From positions 4,360 through 68,359 of the forward strand of contig JBJXFF010000201.1 of NCBI GenBank assembly GCA_046153945.1: 64,000 nucleotides of DNA, read 5' to 3'. Position numbers and translations under genes: made by a program. The notes beneath the pieces were generated by a model. It was not told the origin of the DNA, ran no database searches, and saw nothing but the letters and a program-made list of their open reading frames with translations. Each line of letters opens with the position of its first letter. The stretch's first letter is position 1. This DNA is from Pirellulaceae bacterium (GTDB taxonomy: Bacteria; Planctomycetota; Planctomycetia; Pirellulales; Pirellulaceae). Below, in pieces: positions 48,401 to 59,829 of this stretch.

Positions 48401-51400
48401 AGCGTCTTTCGACGCTCCGGCGCCCAGCCGGAGATCATCTCCGTCTGACGACGCAGGGCAGTAGCGATCCACGAGCGAATGGGCTGGACATAGGCGTTAT
48501 TAACCCCCGCCTTTTCCACAAGCTGTTGCGCGCGCTGAAATGCATCAACCGCGTCTTCAACCTTGTCTCGCAGGAAAAGACACACGCCATCCGCCAACAA
48601 CACTTGAGCGCTTACTTGAACATCCTTGCGAATACGTTGCAGCTCGATTTCGAGAATATCAGCCGGAATCTTGCCCCCCGTCGCCTGTGCCCATACATCC
48701 AAGCTGAACCCGGATGCTTGGGCGTCTCCCAGTTCGACGCCAGAGAAGTGAATCTGCCTGGCCAGATCCTGGCTGGCCTTCAAATCGCCCAGCCGAAACA
48801 GGCTGAGTTCCATATGGACACGCGCAACATTGACCTCCCATAGGTCACCCGCTCGCTCCAGAACTCTTACAGCTTCGCGGCATTTTTCGATGCACTCTTC
48901 AAAGTGGGAGGCTCCGTAAAGAACGACGCCATAGAAATTGAGAGCCTGACCCTGTCCCCACAAATCACCAAGCGACTTGTAGATTGCCAACGACTTCTGT
49001 GCATACACAATTCCCCGGCTGAAATAGGCGACCAAACCCATCACGGGGGCATGAATAGAATAGGCTTGAGCCAGTTCCAAAGTGGGAGGATAGCGCTCGG
49101 CCAGATTCATGCCGCGCAAGTGAGTCCAGAGACAAGGAATTTGACCTCGGCCGAACCAATAGGCATAGGCCAATCGATTGTGCAGACGAATGACGAGGAG
49201 TTGTCTGTCGGCGTCCACAAGTTTCTTGCGGCCCACGAAGAGACCTGGCAGCGCCGAGTGAAGTACCTGGACAAGTGCTTCCCAAAGGAGTAGAACCCAG
49301 AACACGACCGGCCATTTCGGCACCCGCTGGCCGAGCAATTCCAAGGCCCGCTCAATGGCCTCGATGGCCGTTTGCATGTCGCCTTGTTTGAAGGCTAGCT
49401 CCCCGCGCTTGCCCTCGATTTTCCCCTTGGCGACGTCTCCAACGGCTAGTTCTCTGGCCGTCTGGGCAATCTCCGCGGCTTCGTCATAACGGCCGCGAAG
49501 CATTAGCACGTCGCCGAGTCCTTCGGCAATCCGAAAACGGATAGTCTGGTCAGCGGAAGCGCTGCGCTCCGCGATGCGGTACTGCTCTTCAGCAAACTCA
49601 AGGGCATGATGAATTCGGGCATCCTCCGCGGCCGCCAGCGCATACGGCAACGCCCGTTGGCTTTCTCCGGCTGCGTCGAAGTGATAGGCCAGATCATAGA
49701 CCCGATTGGGATCCTCGGCTTCGAGATCAACGGCGGCGCGCAGATGCAATTCTCGACGCTCGGCTTCCGGCAGCCGGGCGAGCAAGGTTTGGCGAAGCTT
49801 GTCGTGAATGAAGGCGCAGCGGTCTCCCGCTGATTTGGACCAGACAATGTGCCGTTGCTGCGCCTCGCGCAGAGCCGCCATCGCCTGCGCCGAAGTCTGC
49901 GCTGCCAGCTTCGACGCTGTGAACAGGTCAAACTCTTTGCCCAAAACCGCTCCGACCGAAAGCAGTTTGATGGTGGTTTCCGGTAACAGTTCAATTCGGC
50001 GGGCGAGGAACGCGGCGGCGTGACGCGAAGACTGCACATCGGCCAGGGCCATAGGCTCTACTTGCCAGCCCCTCTGTATTGGCACCAAAGCGCCGGACTC
50101 CACAAGTCCGCGCAAAGCAGCCGCCGCCATGAACGGGCTTCCCTCCGCCAGTCGCTCGATGACTCCGACCGCCTCATCCGGCAATGGCCCGGCCATCGAC
50201 TCCACAAGTTTGCGGACACTGGAAGGGTGAAACGCGGGAAGCTTCAAATGCTCAGAGGAGGTCAGCTCTCGCAAGGGATGGCTGGAATGGACCTCTTCCG
50301 AACGAAAGGCAGCGATTAAGAGAATGGGACACTCCCCGGATCTGGAACGGCGCTGCCAATTACTGAGAACCTTGAGCGTTAATTGGTCCGCCCATTGGCA
50401 GTCATCCAGCAGCACGAGCGCGGGACGACCGGTGGAACCGAGCGCATCCAGCAGCGAGGTCAACGCTTGAACGCTTCGTGCTTCGGCAAAGGATTCGGGA
50501 CCGAGCGGCGCATTCGCGCACGAGCCAAAAAGCGCTGCCAATTCCGGCAGCGCGGAACATGCTGCTTCCAGTTGATCAGCCAGTCCAATTCTAAGTTTCT
50601 CTTCCACGCCCGGCTCGAGTCGTGCCGTTGTGACCACTGCTTCTGCCACGCCGGTCAAAAGTTGAAACGGAAGTTGAGTGGCCTTGTCGAGGCCATGCCC
50701 GCGCAAGATCCAAGCCCCCTGCTGGGCCCCGCGCTGCGCAAATTCCGCGAGCAGCCGGCTCTTGCCGCCGCCAGACTCGGCTTCCAACAGGACCAGACCG
50801 GGCTGGCCGGATTGTGCGAGTTCTAACTGGGAGTGGAGCGCCTTCAATTCCTGCCCGCGACCGACGAACGCTGGTTCGGTCAGCGTGCGCCTGCGATCAT
50901 TCAAGCCGACAACCAGGGCCGGCTCGGACTCACCTCGCTGCAAGGCCTCGGCGATCACCGCCAGATCGGTGATCACCGCCTCCGCGGATTGATAGCGGTC
51001 GCGCGGATCCTTGCGCAACAGTCGCTGAATGACTTCGTCCAGAACTCGCGGCACAGGCAAACCCAAGCCGCGCAATTCGGGCGGTGGCAACGTCATGTGC
51101 TGCCGCAGAATTTCTCCGACACTATTTCCTTGAAACGGAGGCCGGCCGGCGAGAGACTCAAAGAGCACAATGCCGACCGCATACAGATCGGAACATGCCG
51201 TGACCTCCTGGTCGAGCAGGCCTGCTCCTTCGGGAGACAGATATTGCGCGGCATCTGCCCAATTCTCTCGAATGTTCGCCTCCAGGTCCGCCGTGCGAGT
51301 CAGGCCAAAGTCAACAAGCGTGACTTCACGCACCGGGCCTTCGGCATTGACAATTACATTGGCTGGCTTGACGTTGCGGTGCAGCACGTCTTTGGCATGG

Positions 51401-51792
51401 GCTGCCCGCAGGGCGGTCAGCAGGGAGCGGCCAACCAGCAGCGAGTCCAATACGGAGAGAGGTTTTTGCCGCAATCGCTCCCGCAATGAGATACCGGGAG
51501 TGAAGCGCATGACTCGGTAGAATTGATCTGCTTCCGAGGCGAAGTCAAGCAACGGAGCCGATTCCCCAATCTTGATTTGCGAGAGAATCTGGGCTTCATG
51601 CTCCACCCGCATGCGCACCGAGGCGGAGAAAGAAGACATCGCCACCGACTTGATCACGACCGTTGCATCTCGGGTAAGATCCGACGCCAGCACCGTTTCC
51701 GCACCATCGGCCTCCTTCAGTTGGCGCAGAACCCGGTAGCGGCCGCCGATTAGTCGCCCGTCCGCGGACAAACTCGTGTGGGCATCGGTCAT
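45490..51792 (-). CDS. multidomain sensor: degenerate Ser/Thr kinase - P-loop NTPase (AAA_16/STAND-like) - TPR-like - GAF - hybrid histidine kinase - REC - REC - HPt
   Basis: Start ATG 51792 with GAGGTG upstream. Walker [11 protein letters not shown] and Walker [11 protein letters not shown]-box [17 protein letters not shown] and [10 protein letters not shown]. Two receivers ([22 protein letters not shown]). HPt motif [11 protein letters not shown]. Confidence 0.9.
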   Translation of the reverse strand: MTDAHTSLSADGRLIGGRYRVLRQLKEADGAETVLASDLTRDATVVIKSVAMSSFSASVRMRVEHEAQILSQIKIGESAPLLDFASEADQFYRVMRFTPGISLRERLRQKPLSVLDSLLVGRSLLTALRAAHAKDVLHRNVKPANVIVNAEGPVREVTLVDFGLTRTADLEANIRENWADAAQYLSPEGAGLLDQEVTACSDLYAVGIVLFESLAGRPPFQGNSVGEILRQHMTLPPPELRGLGLPVPRVLDEVIQRLLRKDPRDRYQSAEAVITDLAVIAEALQRGESEPALVVGLNDRRRTLTEPAFVGRGQELKALHSQLELAQSGQPGLVLLEAESGGGKSRLLAEFAQRGAQQGAWILRGHGLDKATQLPFQLLTGVAEAVVTTARLEPGVEEKLRIGLADQLEAACSALPELAALFGSCANAPLGPESFAEARSVQALTSLLDALGSTGRPALVLLDDCQWADQLTLKVLSNWQRRSRSGECPILLIAAFRSEEVHSSHPLRELTSSEHLKLPAFHPSSVRKLVESMAGPLPDEAVGVIERLAEGSPFMAAAALRGLVESGALVPIQRGWQVEPMALADVQSSRHAAAFLARRIELLPETTIKLLSVGAVLGKEFDLFTASKLAAQTSAQAMAALREAQQRHIVWSKSAGDRCAFIHDKLRQTLLARLPEAERRELHLRAAVDLEAEDPNRVYDLAYHFDAAGESQRALPYALAAAEDARIHHALEFAEEQYRIAERSASADQTIRFRIAEGLGDVLMLRGRYDEAAEIAQTARELAVGDVAKGKIEGKRGELAFKQGDMQTAIEAIERALELLGQRVPKWPVVFWVLLLWEALVQVLHSALPGLFVGRKKLVDADRQLLVIRLHNRLAYAYWFGRGQIPCLWTHLRGMNLAERYPPTLELAQAYSIHAPVMGLVAYFSRGIVYAQKSLAIYKSLGDLWGQGQALNFYGVVLYGASHFEECIEKCREAVRVLERAGDLWEVNVARVHMELSLFRLGDLKASQDLARQIHFSGVELGDAQASGFSLDVWAQATGGKIPADILEIELQRIRKDVQVSAQVLLADGVCLFLRDKVEDAVDAFQRAQQLVEKAGVNNAYVQPIRSWIATALRRQTEMISGWAPERRKTLLKQASKVVGKALKVARTFQNDLPHALREAGLVAAMQGSTRKARQYLDESLAVAERQGARFEHAQTLLARGRVGKEVGWPEAQKDLTKARQALRALGADFALGEAAEPEPAAQAKTATLSLVDRFDTVLDAGRRIASALSRDTIFKEVREAALRLLRGERCLLLQLQGDAAAEELTMVAGDHRAEYSRAMADRALATGKVVVYSEGQFDEDGALLAGVRSALCAPVFVRGKPAGCFYVDHRNVSGLFKADDVRLAEFIATIAGAALENAEGFAELQRLNETLEQRVAERTAAAEARARELAVSNAELERTAAELRRSEDELRLAKEVAENANRAKSDFLANMSHEIRTPMNGVMGMAELALQTTLTNQQRDYLNIVMQSADSLLRLLNDILDFSKVEAGKLELETIDFPLRDSLGDAMQTFGLRAAEKGVELTYLVPPDVPDTLIGDPGRLRQIVINLVGNALKFTEQGEIVVVVMVEELEDSHVDLHFVVSDTGIGIPLDKQQQIFEAFNQADSSTTRRFGGTGLGLTISKQLVRLMGGNIWVESEPGKGSAFHFTVRFEIAQGSPTHSWISPESLAGMPVLVVDDNRTNRRILEDLLTNWGMQPSMAASGPAALAALDDAALRGEPFRLALLDVMMPDMDGFMLAERIRQRPHLQDCMLIMLSSAGMTENSARCQELGIARYLIKPVKQSDLRNAIVRVLSTREQSIDPAVAASPPVAESRRSLRILLAEDGLVNQRVAREFLEKRGHEVVVVSNGRDAVEAALRDAFDLVLMDVQMPDMDGFEATQAIRQHELSTGRHIPIVAMTAHALKGDRERCLNAGMDDYLTKPIQPALLFEVIEGRKHSPQDSFETPPSQPAMDWKAAVNLVGGSEEMLRELLAIFFQESGAHLLSLRSALQQQNMFEVRRMAHTIKGAAAYFAAPSTVAAASRLEAMGKAGDLSGADEAYSILQREIDRLQQFSAGIVGIR

Positions 51793-51878
51793 GCCCACCT
51801 CTTGGCGGTTTGCGTCTGTGTTTCCTGGAACATTGCAATACCTCGAACAACGAACTGTTGGTCCGACTCCGTGGACAT

Positions 51879-54800
51879 CTACACAACAACCTGGCCCTCG
51901 GCAAATTGCTGGAAATGGATCGCGATACCCTGCAGAATAGCGGTGATCCGTTCGCGGTTGCGATTCAGGAACCAATGATCTCCGTCAAATTCAATGAGTT
52001 CGAAGCCGCCGTCCGTGTGCTGGGCCCACTCCTGGATTTCATCGCGGTAGACCATATCATCCTGCCTGGCGGCAAAGGCTGTAATGGGGCAATTCAATGG
52101 CGTGTTGGGGTGATACCGGTAGCCCCTCAGCAGCGGATAGTCTCGTCGCATCAGCGGCAAGATGGACTTGATGAATTCCGGATCGTCCACATAGCGCGAA
52201 AGCGAAATCAGATACTCTGGGCTATTATCGGCAATCATCGCCTTAAGCAGCGTGTCTCGCTTCTGTAGAAGGTGAACTAAATGAGGCGGCAGTGTCCCCG
52301 AGACTACATAGTGAGCAGGCTCTTTGTGGTGGCTCTCGCGCAAGCGGCGAATGACTTCACTCGCCACGATACCCCCGTAACTATGGCCCCAAATCACCAC
52401 GGGGCGATCGAACAGCGGCAACAGTTGCGGAACGATGAGTTCGACCAATTGTTCCAGGCTTTCCACCACCGGCTCGCCCATTCGATTTTCGCGCCCGGGT
52501 GTTTGGATGGCGAGAATGTCGCAGTCCTCCGGCGGATTGAGCAGGAAACCCGTGAACAGGGAAGCACCGACTCCCATGGAATGAAAACAAATTAACCGAT
52601 ACGAGGAGTTCTCGGCTCCGCGCCCGCGAATCAGCCAAGGGTTCAGGATTTGAACTCCCTCCAAATCCGCGAGTGTAAATGTAGGTGAACCAACTGAAGT
52701 ACGCTGGCGGGTAGCGATGTCGGAAGTTCCGCTGCTCTCTAGTTGCGAGAGAAGGTCCGCCGCCAAAGTGGAGATGCTTGGCCCCTTGAGCAGCTTGATA
52801 AGCGGCACGTTAATGTCCAGCAATCGTGTAATCCACACCTGCAGATCCGTAAGCATCAAAGAATCCAGACCGAGGTTGTCAATCGATGCGTCCGCGTCGA
52901 GCTTTTCCGGAAGTGTATCCAGAATTCTGGCCAGTTTTTCCGACAATTCCTGTTGCAATCGCTCTTGCTGTTGTCCAGGCTCCAATTCCAGGAGGGCACT
53001 GCGCAGGCTGGAATTTCGGGGACGGTTGCTTCGAGAAAGAGCCGCATCGCTCAAATGGTCAACAAACCGCGCATCTCGAAGCAGGTGAGGATACGCGGTG
53101 CGGAAGCGACCCCAGTCGAATCGCGACGTCATCCGCTGGGTGGCTTGCTGAATCAGGGCGGCTTCGATTTTTCCCAGCACGTCGGCCAGCGGCATGACGA
53201 GCATGCCCTGACTTGCGAGCAATCCGATAATGTCTTGAACGTCGTTCTCGGCTTTGGACATCCCCGCGTAGGACCCCAAAACGCCAAGATTGACGGAGGT
53301 TGCGGGGAGCCCTTGTTGGCGGCGAAATTCGGCCAGGGAATCTTGAAAGTAGTTGGCGGCGGCATAGTTCAACTGTCCAACCAGGCCAAGCACCGACGAA
53401 ATGGAAGAGAGCATGAGGAAGAAGTCGAGGTCTACTCCAGCCGCAAGGGCCGCCGCGTGCAAATTCCAGGCACCTTGCGCCTTGGGGCCGAATACCCGCT
53501 GGAAACGGGCCATGTCCATCTTCGGTAGGGAAGCGTCGTCGAGTAGGGCTGCGCCATGGACGACGCCGGCCAAGGGGGGCAACTCGACCCGGATGCGCTC
53601 GATGAGTCGGTCAATCGCGCTGCGATCGGCAACGTCCCCATGCGCCAATAGAATTTGAACTCCTTGAGACTGCATGCTCTCCACGGCCACCCGATCTGCA
53701 TCACTCTTCGGGCCGCTGCGGCTGAGCAACACCAAGTGGCGCGCTCCGCGGTCGGCCATCCACTTCGCGACCTCCAGACCAAAACCGCTCGCACCTCCGG
53801 AAATCAAATAGCAACGATCAGAACGAAAGGCGGCGCTCTGCGGTGGCAACGTCCGAACTCGCTCCTCTTCCATGTTCATCACGATCTTGCCGTGATAAGC
53901 CGCCCGGGTCATGAATTTCATGGCCTCGGGAAGTTTGGAAATCGGAAACTCGGTGATTTCATGCGGAGCAAGTTCGCCCCTTTCGAATAGGGCAACCACC
54001 TCCGTCATTACGCGCCGATGCAACTCCGGCCTTTGCATCGCTAGCCGGTCGACATCGACAACAAAGTAAGAAACGTTGTCCCCAAGCCGTTCCAGACTCA
54101 GTTTGCTATTGCGATAGATATCCGACTTGCCTAGCTCGACAAAACGGCCGAACGGTGCGAGGCACTTCAGGCTTTGGGTGATGAAGCGGCCCGTCAGGGA
54201 ATTCAGAACAACGTCCACGCCGCATCCGCCCGTAACTTCCCTGACATGATTGTAAAAGTCGAGGGAACGTGAGTCGAACACATGCTCGACTCCACTTTGA
54301 CGCAGGAAAGCCCGCTTTTCCTTGGTCCCCGCCGTGACAATCACCTTCGCGCCGGCCCGCTGCGCCAATTGAATCGCCGCGCCCCCAACCCCGCCAGCGG
54401 CAGAATGAATCAGAACCGTTTCCCCGCACTGCAGGCGCGCCAGATGGCATAGCGAATACCAGGCCGTGATGTAAACGACGGGAATTGCCGCCGCCTGTGA
54501 CGGCGTTAACTGCTTTGGTTTGTGCGCCACACAATGGCCCGGAGTAGTAACCCGCCCGCTAAAGCCGTCGGCAACGCGGGCGATCACTTCATCGCCCACC
54601 TGAACATGCCGAACCAGTTGGCCCGTATTCAGGACACGGCCCGCGACTTCCAATCCCAGGCGGTCGCATGCCAGCCCGCCAGAGACGGCACTTGCCGGCA
54701 GCAGGCCCATCGCATTCATGACATCTTTGAAGTTCAAGGCGGCTGCCTGAACGGCTATTTCCACGTCGTTCACCCCCAGTTGTGCCAGTGGAGTCCGACG

Positions 54801-57800
54801 GAAGACGATTTGATCGAGGGCACCCGGCACACTCACATCGGCTCGATAAGCGCCGCCAACTCCCGCTTCCTCGGAGGTTGCCATCTCCTCGGCACTTTCC
54901 CGATCCACGGCAATCAACTGCCTGACAAACCGCTTTGCACCGCGAATCGCGATTTCCGATTCGTCTTGATCACGGCGGATGTAGAGCAACTCTCCCACCA
55001 GCGCGTCCAGCTCTTCCAGGGAGCTTGATGCGTTCAGGTCAATCACCGTGAGCGGAATATTAGGACATTCGTTGTTGATGACGCGTGCCATGCCGTGCAG
55101 AATCGCTTGTCCTAAGTCGAGTTGCCAGTCGCCCGAGACGCCGGCCGCACTGCTGGTGACGACACACAGGCGAGATACTCCTTCGCGCTTGTGCAATGTT
55201 TGAGCCAGATGCATGAGCGACGGGACATAGGGACAGTGGTCAAGTCCATTCCAGGCAGGATCGACCATGGTCAGCCCTGATGCGAAAACAATCAGCGTGC
55301 GCCGGTCGAGCGCCACGTCGGCAAGCAATTCGTCGAACGATCTTTGTGGACTGATCCGAAAAACTCGCGGTCGAATCCCTTCTGCAGTCAGCCTCATCAC
55401 AAGTTCGTCCACCTGAGCCGACGGGTCGGCGATCAGCACAGCATTGGTATAGTCATTGATTCGGAGGTGCAACTCAGCATCGCGAGGTGCCGGCAACCAG
55501 CGGTATTCGTAACAACCTTCGTACAATGCGTCCGACTGATGCGAACCTGCTCCCATCAGCCGTTTACAGGTCAAACCGAGTACCTCGGCCACCAGTTCGC
55601 CGGCCTCATCAAAGAGTAAAGTATCCGAACAGAGATACTCTTTGTCGTTGCGGGTGGCACGAACGTAGCACCAGACACTTTGCGTGGGCCGGCGGTGGAA
55701 CCTGACCCGCTCAATGCGGTACGGCAAGTAGATTCGATCCGGTTCGCCGTTGCGATGGACATCGGCGAACACAACATGCAAGCAGGCGTCGAGAAGCGCC
55801 GGGTGAACGGCCAAGGGCTGCGATTCAGGGACCAAATCATCTGATAGCCGCACTCGGGCGAGCATTTCATGCTCCTGGTGCCACAGTTCCTGAATGCAAC
55901 GAAACTTCTCTCCATACCCCAGCCCCGCGGCTGCAATCGTCGCGTAAAACGGCTCGACGGGGAGCACATCAGCAGCCCGAAATTGCTGTCGAATCTCGTC
56001 GAGCGAAGCGGCTGATTTTTCAAAGCGGTCATGCACCGTGTTGATGCGGCCCGTGGAGTGCTTCGACCATGGCGATTCCGGCAGTGCGTCGGCAGGCCGG
56101 GTGCAGATGGCATAGTCCCCTTCCCCGGAAACAATTTCGAGCCTCACTTCGAGCGGGTGACGGCTGTTTGCGGGAAGAATCAACGGGGAATCGAAATGGA
56201 GGTTCTCCAGGAACACCGACTCATGGCGAAATTGCTCGCTGGCCACGGCCCAGGCCAATTCCAGGTGTCCGGTCGCTGGGAAGACAATCTCGCCGTCGAC
56301 TTGATGATCGCGGAGATACGGGAACTTTTGCGGGTCGAGCGTCGCTTCCCAGACGGCCAAGCCATTTTCGGTGACCATTTGCGTTTGACGCTTCAGGAAC
56401 GGATGCTCGAAGCGCCCCCGGCGCAGTTCCGCCGCCGCGGGGGCTTCAAACCAATGCCGGCTGTGCTGCCAGGCATAGGTGGGCAACCGGACATAGCGCC
56501 TGCCGGAACCAAACATCAACTCGGTGTTTGGCTGCAGCCCGCGCGCCGCAAGTTGCGCCAGGCTTTGGAGGAACACGGTCACTTCCTCTTCCCGCCGGGT
56601 CATGGAGGGAGCAATCATCGCATCGGCATCGAGTTTCTTGAACAGAGCCTCGGAGCCGCTGACCAGCACGGGATGAGGGCCGATTTCGACAAACGTATCA
56701 AAGTTGTGCTGCAACATCGTTCCCAGTGCGCTGGTAAACAGCACCGGCAGCCGTGCATTCCGATACCAATAATCAGGTCCCAGGTGCCTGCCGCTTTCGC
56801 ATTGGCCGGTGACGGTCGAATACAGCGGCGTGAATGTCTCGACCCCCTGAATATCGTCGAGCGCCTCGCGCATCATCTCCTTGATCGGCTCCATGTGATG
56901 GCTGTGATACGCCACCTGAACCCGAACCGGTCGGTTGAAGACACCGCGACCTTCCAGCATCCTGGCAATCTGCTCCAGCGGCTCCGGGTCGCCGGACAAG
57001 GTGAGCATTTCTGGACCATTGACCGCGCCGATCGAAACCCGGCCTTCATAGCCCTTGATGAGTGCGCGAGCTTCTTCCAGTTCCAGGCCAACCGCCAGCA
57101 TGGCCCCTTTGCCGGAAGCGAGATTCTGGGCCTGGGAACGATGGAAAATTACCTGGACCGCCTGCTCGAGCGTTAATGCTCCGGCAGCGTAGCCGGCGGC
57201 GACCTCGCCAATCGAGTGACCCACGAATCCATCGGGCCGGATTCCGTAATGCTCGTAGAGCTTTACGAGTGCGATTTGGATGGCCATGACCGCGGGCTGG
57301 ACCACGACCGTGTCGTGAATCCTGGAGTCTTGCTCATCCTTCTGAAGTTCCACAAGCAGCGACCAGCCGGCGAGCCTTTGAAATGCCGCATCGATCTCTT
57401 CCATCCAGTGGCGGAAGACGGGTTCTTGCTGCATCAATTGCCGCCCCATTCCCGCCCACTGTCCTCCCTGGCCCGAAAAGACGAACGCCAGCTTCGGCCT
57501 TTTCTTCTTGGTGATCGTCCTCGTCAGGGTTGCGGAATCGACTTGCCCGTCGGAATACTTCCGCAGCCTTTCCTCGATGTCCTTAGAGGACTCACCAACA
57601 ATCGCGAGCAGATGCGGATAGTGGCTGCGCCGAGTGAAGGCTGAAAAGGCGATGTCCTCAAGCCGCTGCTCAGTGCTGCTCAAGAAGTCCGCATGCCGCA
57701 GCGCAAGTGTCCTTAAGGAATCGCGATGAGCCGCACTGAGGACATAGAGCTTCTCGCTTTTGGAAACTTCCCCCTTGGTCGCTGCATGTCCACTTTCTCC

Positions 57801-59219
57801 AGAACTCGCCGAAGACAACGATTGCAACACCACATGGGCGTTTGTCCCTCCCGCTCCGAATGAATTCACACCTACGTTCCAAGGGCGGCCGGTCGAGGGA
57901 AGTGGCGTGGGGCTGGTGGGAACCTCCAGATGGCTGTTGTCCCAATCGATTTCTGGATTCGGTTCATGGAAGTGCAGGTTCGGCGGGACAATGCCGTGCT
58001 GAGCGGTCAAAGCGGCCTTAATGAAACTGGCAATCCCCGAGGCACCTTCCAAGTGCCCCAAGTTCGTCTTCACCGAGCCCATCAAGCACCGCTCACCCTC
58101 CGCGCGATTGCGGCCGAGGACGGCACCCAAAGAGAGGCTTTCGACGGGGTCCCCTACGCGGGTCCCCGTGCCGTGGGCTTCGACGAAATTCACAGTAAGT
58201 GGATCGATTTCCGCGTCGGCATAGACCGCTTCCAAAAGCTCAATCTGCGAAACGACGTTGGGGACTGTGAATCCCTCGGGCAGATAGCCATCCTGATTCA
58301 CGGCCGAGCCGCGCACCACGGCGTAGATCGCGTCTCCATCGGCCAGCGCTTTGCTGAGCGGCTTGAGAATGACCACTCCCGCTCCTTCGCCGCGAACATA
58401 ACCATTGGCGGAGGCGTCAAAAGCTTTGCAATACTGATCCGGATTCAAAAAGCCGGCCTTGGACAACATCATGGACGATTCCGGCCTGAGCATCACGCTG
58501 ACGCCGCCGGCAATCGCCAGGTCCGCTTCCCCCCCCCACAGGCTGCGACAAGCCAGGTGGACCGCCACCAGCGAGCTGGAGCAAGCCGTATCGACCGTAA
58601 TGCTGGGACCTTTCAGATTGAAGTCGTAGGAGATGCGGTTCGCCAGCGGCGAAACGGCGGTTCCCATGGCCACATACGGATTGATCTCGTCGCGCTGCTC
58701 GCTGGCGGTCTGCATGCAGAGATAGTCGTACATGAATGACCCGACGAAGACGGACGTCCGCGTGCCGTCGAGCTGGTCACGCCGCAAGCCGGCATCTTCC
58801 ATCGCTTCATGAGTCACTTCCAGAAGCAAGCGCTGCTGCGGGTCGATCCGCTGGGCTTCGGTCGGAAAGTACCCAAAGAACTCGGCATCGAACATGTCGA
58901 CGCCGTCGATGAAGCCGCCCTTGGCGTTCCGAATGTAGCCTGATTTTTCCGGGTTGGTGTCGTGAAATCGCGAGTGTTTCCAGCGATTCTCCGGCACGCT
59001 CCGGATGGCATTGATCCCGCGGAGCAAAGCGTCCCAGAAAACCGGGGGCGAATTGAGCCCGCCAGGAAGTCGGCAGCCGATGCCGATGACAGCCAGGGGT
59101 TCGCGCTGCGGGGAATTCAAGGGAGGATCTAAATTCCGCGGAGCAAGACTTGATGGCAAGGGAGACTCCTCGCGGATTTTTGGGACAACGAGTGAACCTC
59201 GTTCAATCGCCTTGGGCAC
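51879..59219 (-). CDS. single-module fully reducing type I polyketide/fatty-acid synthase, KS-AT-DH-(psiKR)-ER-KR-ACP-TE
   Basis: GTG start with GGGGAGG 4 nt upstream. DTACSSS, EAHGTGT and NLGH (KS). GHSIGE (AT). [10 protein letters not shown] (DH). [13 protein letters not shown] (ER). ISGGASGFG and NYAAAN (KR). LGLDSL (ACP). GHSYGG and GDH (TE). Confidence 0.95.
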   Translation of the reverse strand: MPKAIERGSLVVPKIREESPLPSSLAPRNLDPPLNSPQREPLAVIGIGCRLPGGLNSPPVFWDALLRGINAIRSVPENRWKHSRFHDTNPEKSGYIRNAKGGFIDGVDMFDAEFFGYFPTEAQRIDPQQRLLLEVTHEAMEDAGLRRDQLDGTRTSVFVGSFMYDYLCMQTASEQRDEINPYVAMGTAVSPLANRISYDFNLKGPSITVDTACSSSLVAVHLACRSLWGGEADLAIAGGVSVMLRPESSMMLSKAGFLNPDQYCKAFDASANGYVRGEGAGVVILKPLSKALADGDAIYAVVRGSAVNQDGYLPEGFTVPNVVSQIELLEAVYADAEIDPLTVNFVEAHGTGTRVGDPVESLSLGAVLGRNRAEGERCLMGSVKTNLGHLEGASGIASFIKAALTAQHGIVPPNLHFHEPNPEIDWDNSHLEVPTSPTPLPSTGRPWNVGVNSFGAGGTNAHVVLQSLSSASSGESGHAATKGEVSKSEKLYVLSAAHRDSLRTLALRHADFLSSTEQRLEDIAFSAFTRRSHYPHLLAIVGESSKDIEERLRKYSDGQVDSATLTRTITKKKRPKLAFVFSGQGGQWAGMGRQLMQQEPVFRHWMEEIDAAFQRLAGWSLLVELQKDEQDSRIHDTVVVQPAVMAIQIALVKLYEHYGIRPDGFVGHSIGEVAAGYAAGALTLEQAVQVIFHRSQAQNLASGKGAMLAVGLELEEARALIKGYEGRVSIGAVNGPEMLTLSGDPEPLEQIARMLEGRGVFNRPVRVQVAYHSHHMEPIKEMMREALDDIQGVETFTPLYSTVTGQCESGRHLGPDYWYRNARLPVLFTSALGTMLQHNFDTFVEIGPHPVLVSGSEALFKKLDADAMIAPSMTRREEEVTVFLQSLAQLAARGLQPNTELMFGSGRRYVRLPTYAWQHSRHWFEAPAAAELRRGRFEHPFLKRQTQMVTENGLAVWEATLDPQKFPYLRDHQVDGEIVFPATGHLELAWAVASEQFRHESVFLENLHFDSPLILPANSRHPLEVRLEIVSGEGDYAICTRPADALPESPWSKHSTGRINTVHDRFEKSAASLDEIRQQFRAADVLPVEPFYATIAAAGLGYGEKFRCIQELWHQEHEMLARVRLSDDLVPESQPLAVHPALLDACLHVVFADVHRNGEPDRIYLPYRIERVRFHRRPTQSVWCYVRATRNDKEYLCSDTLLFDEAGELVAEVLGLTCKRLMGAGSHQSDALYEGCYEYRWLPAPRDAELHLRINDYTNAVLIADPSAQVDELVMRLTAEGIRPRVFRISPQRSFDELLADVALDRRTLIVFASGLTMVDPAWNGLDHCPYVPSLMHLAQTLHKREGVSRLCVVTSSAAGVSGDWQLDLGQAILHGMARVINNECPNIPLTVIDLNASSSLEELDALVGELLYIRRDQDESEIAIRGAKRFVRQLIAVDRESAEEMATSEEAGVGGAYRADVSVPGALDQIVFRRTPLAQLGVNDVEIAVQAAALNFKDVMNAMGLLPASAVSGGLACDRLGLEVAGRVLNTGQLVRHVQVGDEVIARVADGFSGRVTTPGHCVAHKPKQLTPSQAAAIPVVYITAWYSLCHLARLQCGETVLIHSAAGGVGGAAIQLAQRAGAKVIVTAGTKEKRAFLRQSGVEHVFDSRSLDFYNHVREVTGGCGVDVVLNSLTGRFITQSLKCLAPFGRFVELGKSDIYRNSKLSLERLGDNVSYFVVDVDRLAMQRPELHRRVMTEVVALFERGELAPHEITEFPISKLPEAMKFMTRAAYHGKIVMNMEEERVRTLPPQSAAFRSDRCYLISGGASGFGLEVAKWMADRGARHLVLLSRSGPKSDADRVAVESMQSQGVQILLAHGDVADRSAIDRLIERIRVELPPLAGVVHGAALLDDASLPKMDMARFQRVFGPKAQGAWNLHAAALAAGVDLDFFLMLSSISSVLGLVGQLNYAAANYFQDSLAEFRRQQGLPATSVNLGVLGSYAGMSKAENDVQDIIGLLASQGMLVMPLADVLGKIEAALIQQATQRMTSRFDWGRFRTAYPHLLRDARFVDHLSDAALSRSNRPRNSSLRSALLELEPGQQQERLQQELSEKLARILDTLPEKLDADASIDNLGLDSLMLTDLQVWITRLLDINVPLIKLLKGPSISTLAADLLSQLESSGTSDIATRQRTSVGSPTFTLADLEGVQILNPWLIRGRGAENSSYRLICFHSMGVGASLFTGFLLNPPEDCDILAIQTPGRENRMGEPVVESLEQLVELIVPQLLPLFDRPVVIWGHSYGGIVASEVIRRLRESHHKEPAHYVVSGTLPPHLVHLLQKRDTLLKAMIADNSPEYLISLSRYVDDPEFIKSILPLMRRDYPLLRGYRYHPNTPLNCPITAFAARQDDMVYRDEIQEWAQHTDGGFELIEFDGDHWFLNRNRERITAILQGIAIHFQQFAEGQVVV

Positions 59220-59307
59220 GCAACCTCCCCACCGTCCGTGGCTCTACAAAATTATCAAGAATCAGCCGAAAGGAGGGGAGATAATCGGACTTCCCTGGGA
59301 GAAGTCT

Positions 59308-59338
59308 ATCGTATCATCCCAAGTGCCGATTGCAATCG
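59308..59338 (-). promoter_or_regulatory. sigma70-like promoter candidate with overlapping 12-bp palindrome upstream of the PKS
   Basis: Minus strand reads TTGCAA (59330-35), 16 nt, TACGAT (59308-13). The perfect palindrome CGATTGCAATCG (59327-38) overlaps the -35 hexamer. Confidence 0.3.
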
Positions 59339-59441
59339 CAACTTGTTTTGCCATCTCGGTGCAAGGATGACACAGGCTACTGATGAAGTAGAAACAGGTT
59401 TGGAGGCCCAAAGAACCGAGTCGGAATAGACCGCCATACAC

Positions 59442-59582
59442 CTATTTCTCGCAGCAGGTCGCATAGGAGCAGCAGACCATCTCGCAGCAGCCGTGGTCCT
59501 TGCCGAATGGCGAAGAGATGCAGCAGGGGCTGCTGTTAGGCGCGATGATGCCAATAACCGGGATCGCGGCTGGAATGCGCAA
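59442..59582 (-). CDS. candidate Cys-rich micro-ORF (46 aa from TTG, or 12 aa from ATG 59480)
   Basis: The frame reads ...IIAPNSSPCCISSPFGKDHGCCEMVCCSYATCCEK*. Four TGCTGC hexamers are all in one frame, and GC3 is very high. There is no ATG for the long form, and it overlaps the parE 3' end. Confidence 0.3.
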   Translation of the reverse strand: MRIPAAIPVIGIIAPNSSPCCISSPFGKDHGCCEMVCCSYATCCEK

Positions 59583-59829
59583 GTGCGGCGATCATAATCT
59601 TGTCGGGCAAGATACGGTATAAGATGCTATCGGGATATCGGCGCAAATTGTAGTAGCGGTGGCGTTTATCCCCGATGGGAAACGATTCGGGTGCTGCTTC
59701 GATCCTTTGCAATGCGACTTCCACGGCGGCTTCAAATCCGGCAGCCGCCTGCGGACTCCGCTGGAGATACCAATTCAAGGCATCCGTATAGTCTTCTTCG
59801 GCACCACCAAGAAACAATGCTTCAGCCAC
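59536..59829 (-). CDS. parE: type II toxin, RelE/ParE family
   Basis: 97 aa. AEEDYTDALNWY...PESFPIG...YRILPDKIMIAALAHSSRDP matches the ParE pattern. GTG start overlaps the antitoxin gene by 8 nt. Confidence 0.8.
   Translation of the reverse strand: MAEALFLGGAEEDYTDALNWYLQRSPQAAAGFEAAVEVALQRIEAAPESFPIGDKRHRYYNLRRYPDSILYRILPDKIMIAALAHSSRDPGYWHHRA

Noticed and set aside
58529-58537. Homopolymer tracts as phase-variation switches: G9 on the coding strand in the PKS KS domain, plus G8 at 29934-29941 and C8 at 20004-20011
   Set aside because: Runs of 7-9 G/C are frequent throughout this window. They simply encode Gly-Gly or Pro-Pro in frame. Nothing shows length variation, and the PKS frame is intact.
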